Source: Blasia pusilla
Taxonomy: Eukaryota
Assembly: GCA_050084515.1 (NCBI GenBank)
Contig: CM114271.1
Location: 28,582,001 to 28,646,000, forward strand
Direction of reading: 5' to 3'
Length of the DNA stretch: 64,000 nt
Of this stretch, positions 62,401-64,000 are shown piece after piece. How positions within the stretch are numbered: the first letter of the stretch is position 1; each line of letters begins with the position of its first letter. Below the pieces are notes generated by a model. That model was not told the DNA's origin and did no database searches. It was given only the letters and a program-made list of their open reading frames with translations. The position numbers were made by a program, and so were the translations under genes.

Positions 62401-63984
62401 CGGACAGCAGATCACAGGATCAATAGATATCTTTTGAATCTGTTATGTTTCACAATGGTAGCAATGGCAGTAGCTCATCAGGTCACCACAAGTGGCTAAA
62501 GTAGTATTCATATTCTGCACTTCACTGTCATGAGATTAAAAAAAATCCACTAATCCACCTCTTCTGCATTAATCCAAATTTGCAATTATCAGGCACCCTC
62601 TTCACAAGCTAAAAGCATTTGTACCTTGAAAAGATGGTGATGCCACTGCAGTTAAGAGGACTTTGATGACTTGCAACACAACACTGCATCCACTTGGACA
62701 AGCTCAAGTCTTAGCACAAACTTCTCCAAATTGAAATCAGCGATACATCAATTTCAGCATCTTTAGCATGTGTGACACAATCTTCCACGGTTTGTGCAGA
62801 AGTACAAACCATGGAAGATACTGTCACACAAGTTTCTGCTTTTGTAACATGGTTGGCCTTCTTAGAGCAATCATGATCAGGGGTGTATATGTGTGTACTA
62901 AGGAGCAGAAAACTGATACAGTAGCAAACAATACTAATATTTGAGAACACCAATACACAGTTTGAATAGTTCAACCCTCAACTCACACAGCTTATTAATG
63001 TTGAAATTTGTTAATATCAAATTTAGTCATGCCCTAAAAGTAGTTAGTTGAATACTAACTTAGTTGGAAACTAACTTAGTTTGCTGGAGACAACTTAGAG
63101 CTCCTCCATGGTTTTAGGGTAATCTCGAATTAGGGCTAGCCGTCACCACATTTAGGGTATGGATCTGTTCAAGAAGATCTAAGGGTCAGAAATGCTCACC
63201 CTCATGTATATATTGTCTCTACATAGAGTCAGAAGATAATTCTACAGTATGCACAGCTTTTGATGAGGACTCCTGAGGCTCTTGGTGTGTCGTGCAGCAC
63301 TGGCCCTGCTGCAGAGTGATCTGAGAGAAAGAAGAGGAGATTGAGACTAAGTTCTGTGCTTGCTATAGCCTCACTGGAAGGCAGGTCGTTTTGTCTAGAT
63401 CGCTGATGAAGATTGTTTGTGCTCAGTGACGTGAGCCATGTGTGATCTCTGAGCTGGTGACATGTGAGGATTTGTGTTGTGAGTGCACGGTGTGACTGTG
63501 AAGAATCCTTCTTCGTATCTGATAGATAGCAAGGAGAGTCACATGATGGTAGGGCTCTGATTTGGCAATTGAGTTAGAAACTGATTTGCTGATTGTATAC
63601 AAGCTGAAATCATGGATGGTTTAGATGATGCTAGTTCTGACTTTGTACAAGGAGATACTTCTGCTGGTCAATCCTTTCACAATAAGACCACGGGTCCATC
63701 AATCATAGGTCTCAACACTTGTTCCAAAAAGATCATAGAAAGGATCCATTGCCAACATCTTCATACTGACTTGGAGAAGGCTCAACCCTAGTCACCACAA
63801 AATATTACAATGGTAAAGAGGTCACTTCTTGCGAGAAAGGTGATGATGTTACATGTATATACCTGTCAGAGGCGGCACTGTCTGCAGAAGCACAAACCAT
63901 GTTGAATATGTTCGTAACAGTAGCTCCATTCTTACCACTCTCCAGACCGGCCTCACCCTCCAAATGTCCATAGCTAATAAGTTT
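47406..63984 (-). CDS. BIG5: Brefeldin A-inhibited ARF guanine-nucleotide exchange factor (BIG5/MIN7/BEN1 type), multi-exon; 5' exons lie beyond the window
   Basis: Sec7 motifs [20 protein letters not shown] (~56400-56580) and [16 protein letters not shown] (~55730-55780); HUS box FVNYDCD (~58020); HDS exons [11 protein letters not shown] and [14 protein letters not shown]-terminal [10 protein letters not shown] and [15 protein letters not shown] (last exons 48002-48335, 47664-47759, 47406-47468); GT-AG introns. Confidence 0.93.
52700..53960 (+). mobile_element. Old LINE RT remnant in the largest BIG5 intron, antisense to the gene
   Basis: [37 protein letters not shown] and [10 protein letters not shown] resemble the RT motifs of the local LINE family but are much diverged. 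Confidence 0.65.
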
Positions 63985-64000
63985 CTGCAGAAACAGTAAT

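Noticed and set aside
47990-62974. Plus-strand ORFs over the BIG5 locus
   Set aside because: They are antisense shadows of exons or chance intronic ORFs, apart from the LINE remnant reported above.
63000-63600. Possible LTR remnant and isolated TTTAGGG motifs in a BIG5 intron
   Set aside because: No termini, TSD or tandem telomeric array could be established.

Overview
Eukaryotic plant genomic DNA, probably a non-seed land plant (inferred from intron-rich chloroplast-targeted and ARF-GEF genes and the TE types). There are two host genes: a complete 3-exon PsbP-domain gene (PPD6-like, + strand, 26768-28676) and most of a multi-exon BIG5/MIN7-type Sec7 ARF-GEF (- strand, stop at 47406, 5' end beyond the window). 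The remainder is nested transposon sequence: a conventional Ty3/Gypsy 5' half, many fragments of one two-ORF APE-RT LINE family (RTEX-like), a solo LTR, and Helitron-, CACTA- and Copia-like remnants. The most unusual object is a Ty3/Gypsy-type family with one full-length copy (6379-15993, 4-bp TSD) and two partial copies. It has (i) a DNMT3-like C5 cytosine methyltransferase between protease and RT, (ii) a PHD finger at the end of its DDE integrase, (iii) an apparent self-priming site instead of a tRNA PBS, and (iv) permuted A...B-A-B termini instead of two equal LTRs, which suggests integration of a circular intermediate at a palindrome inside the LTR. All calls are by eye; no searches were run.
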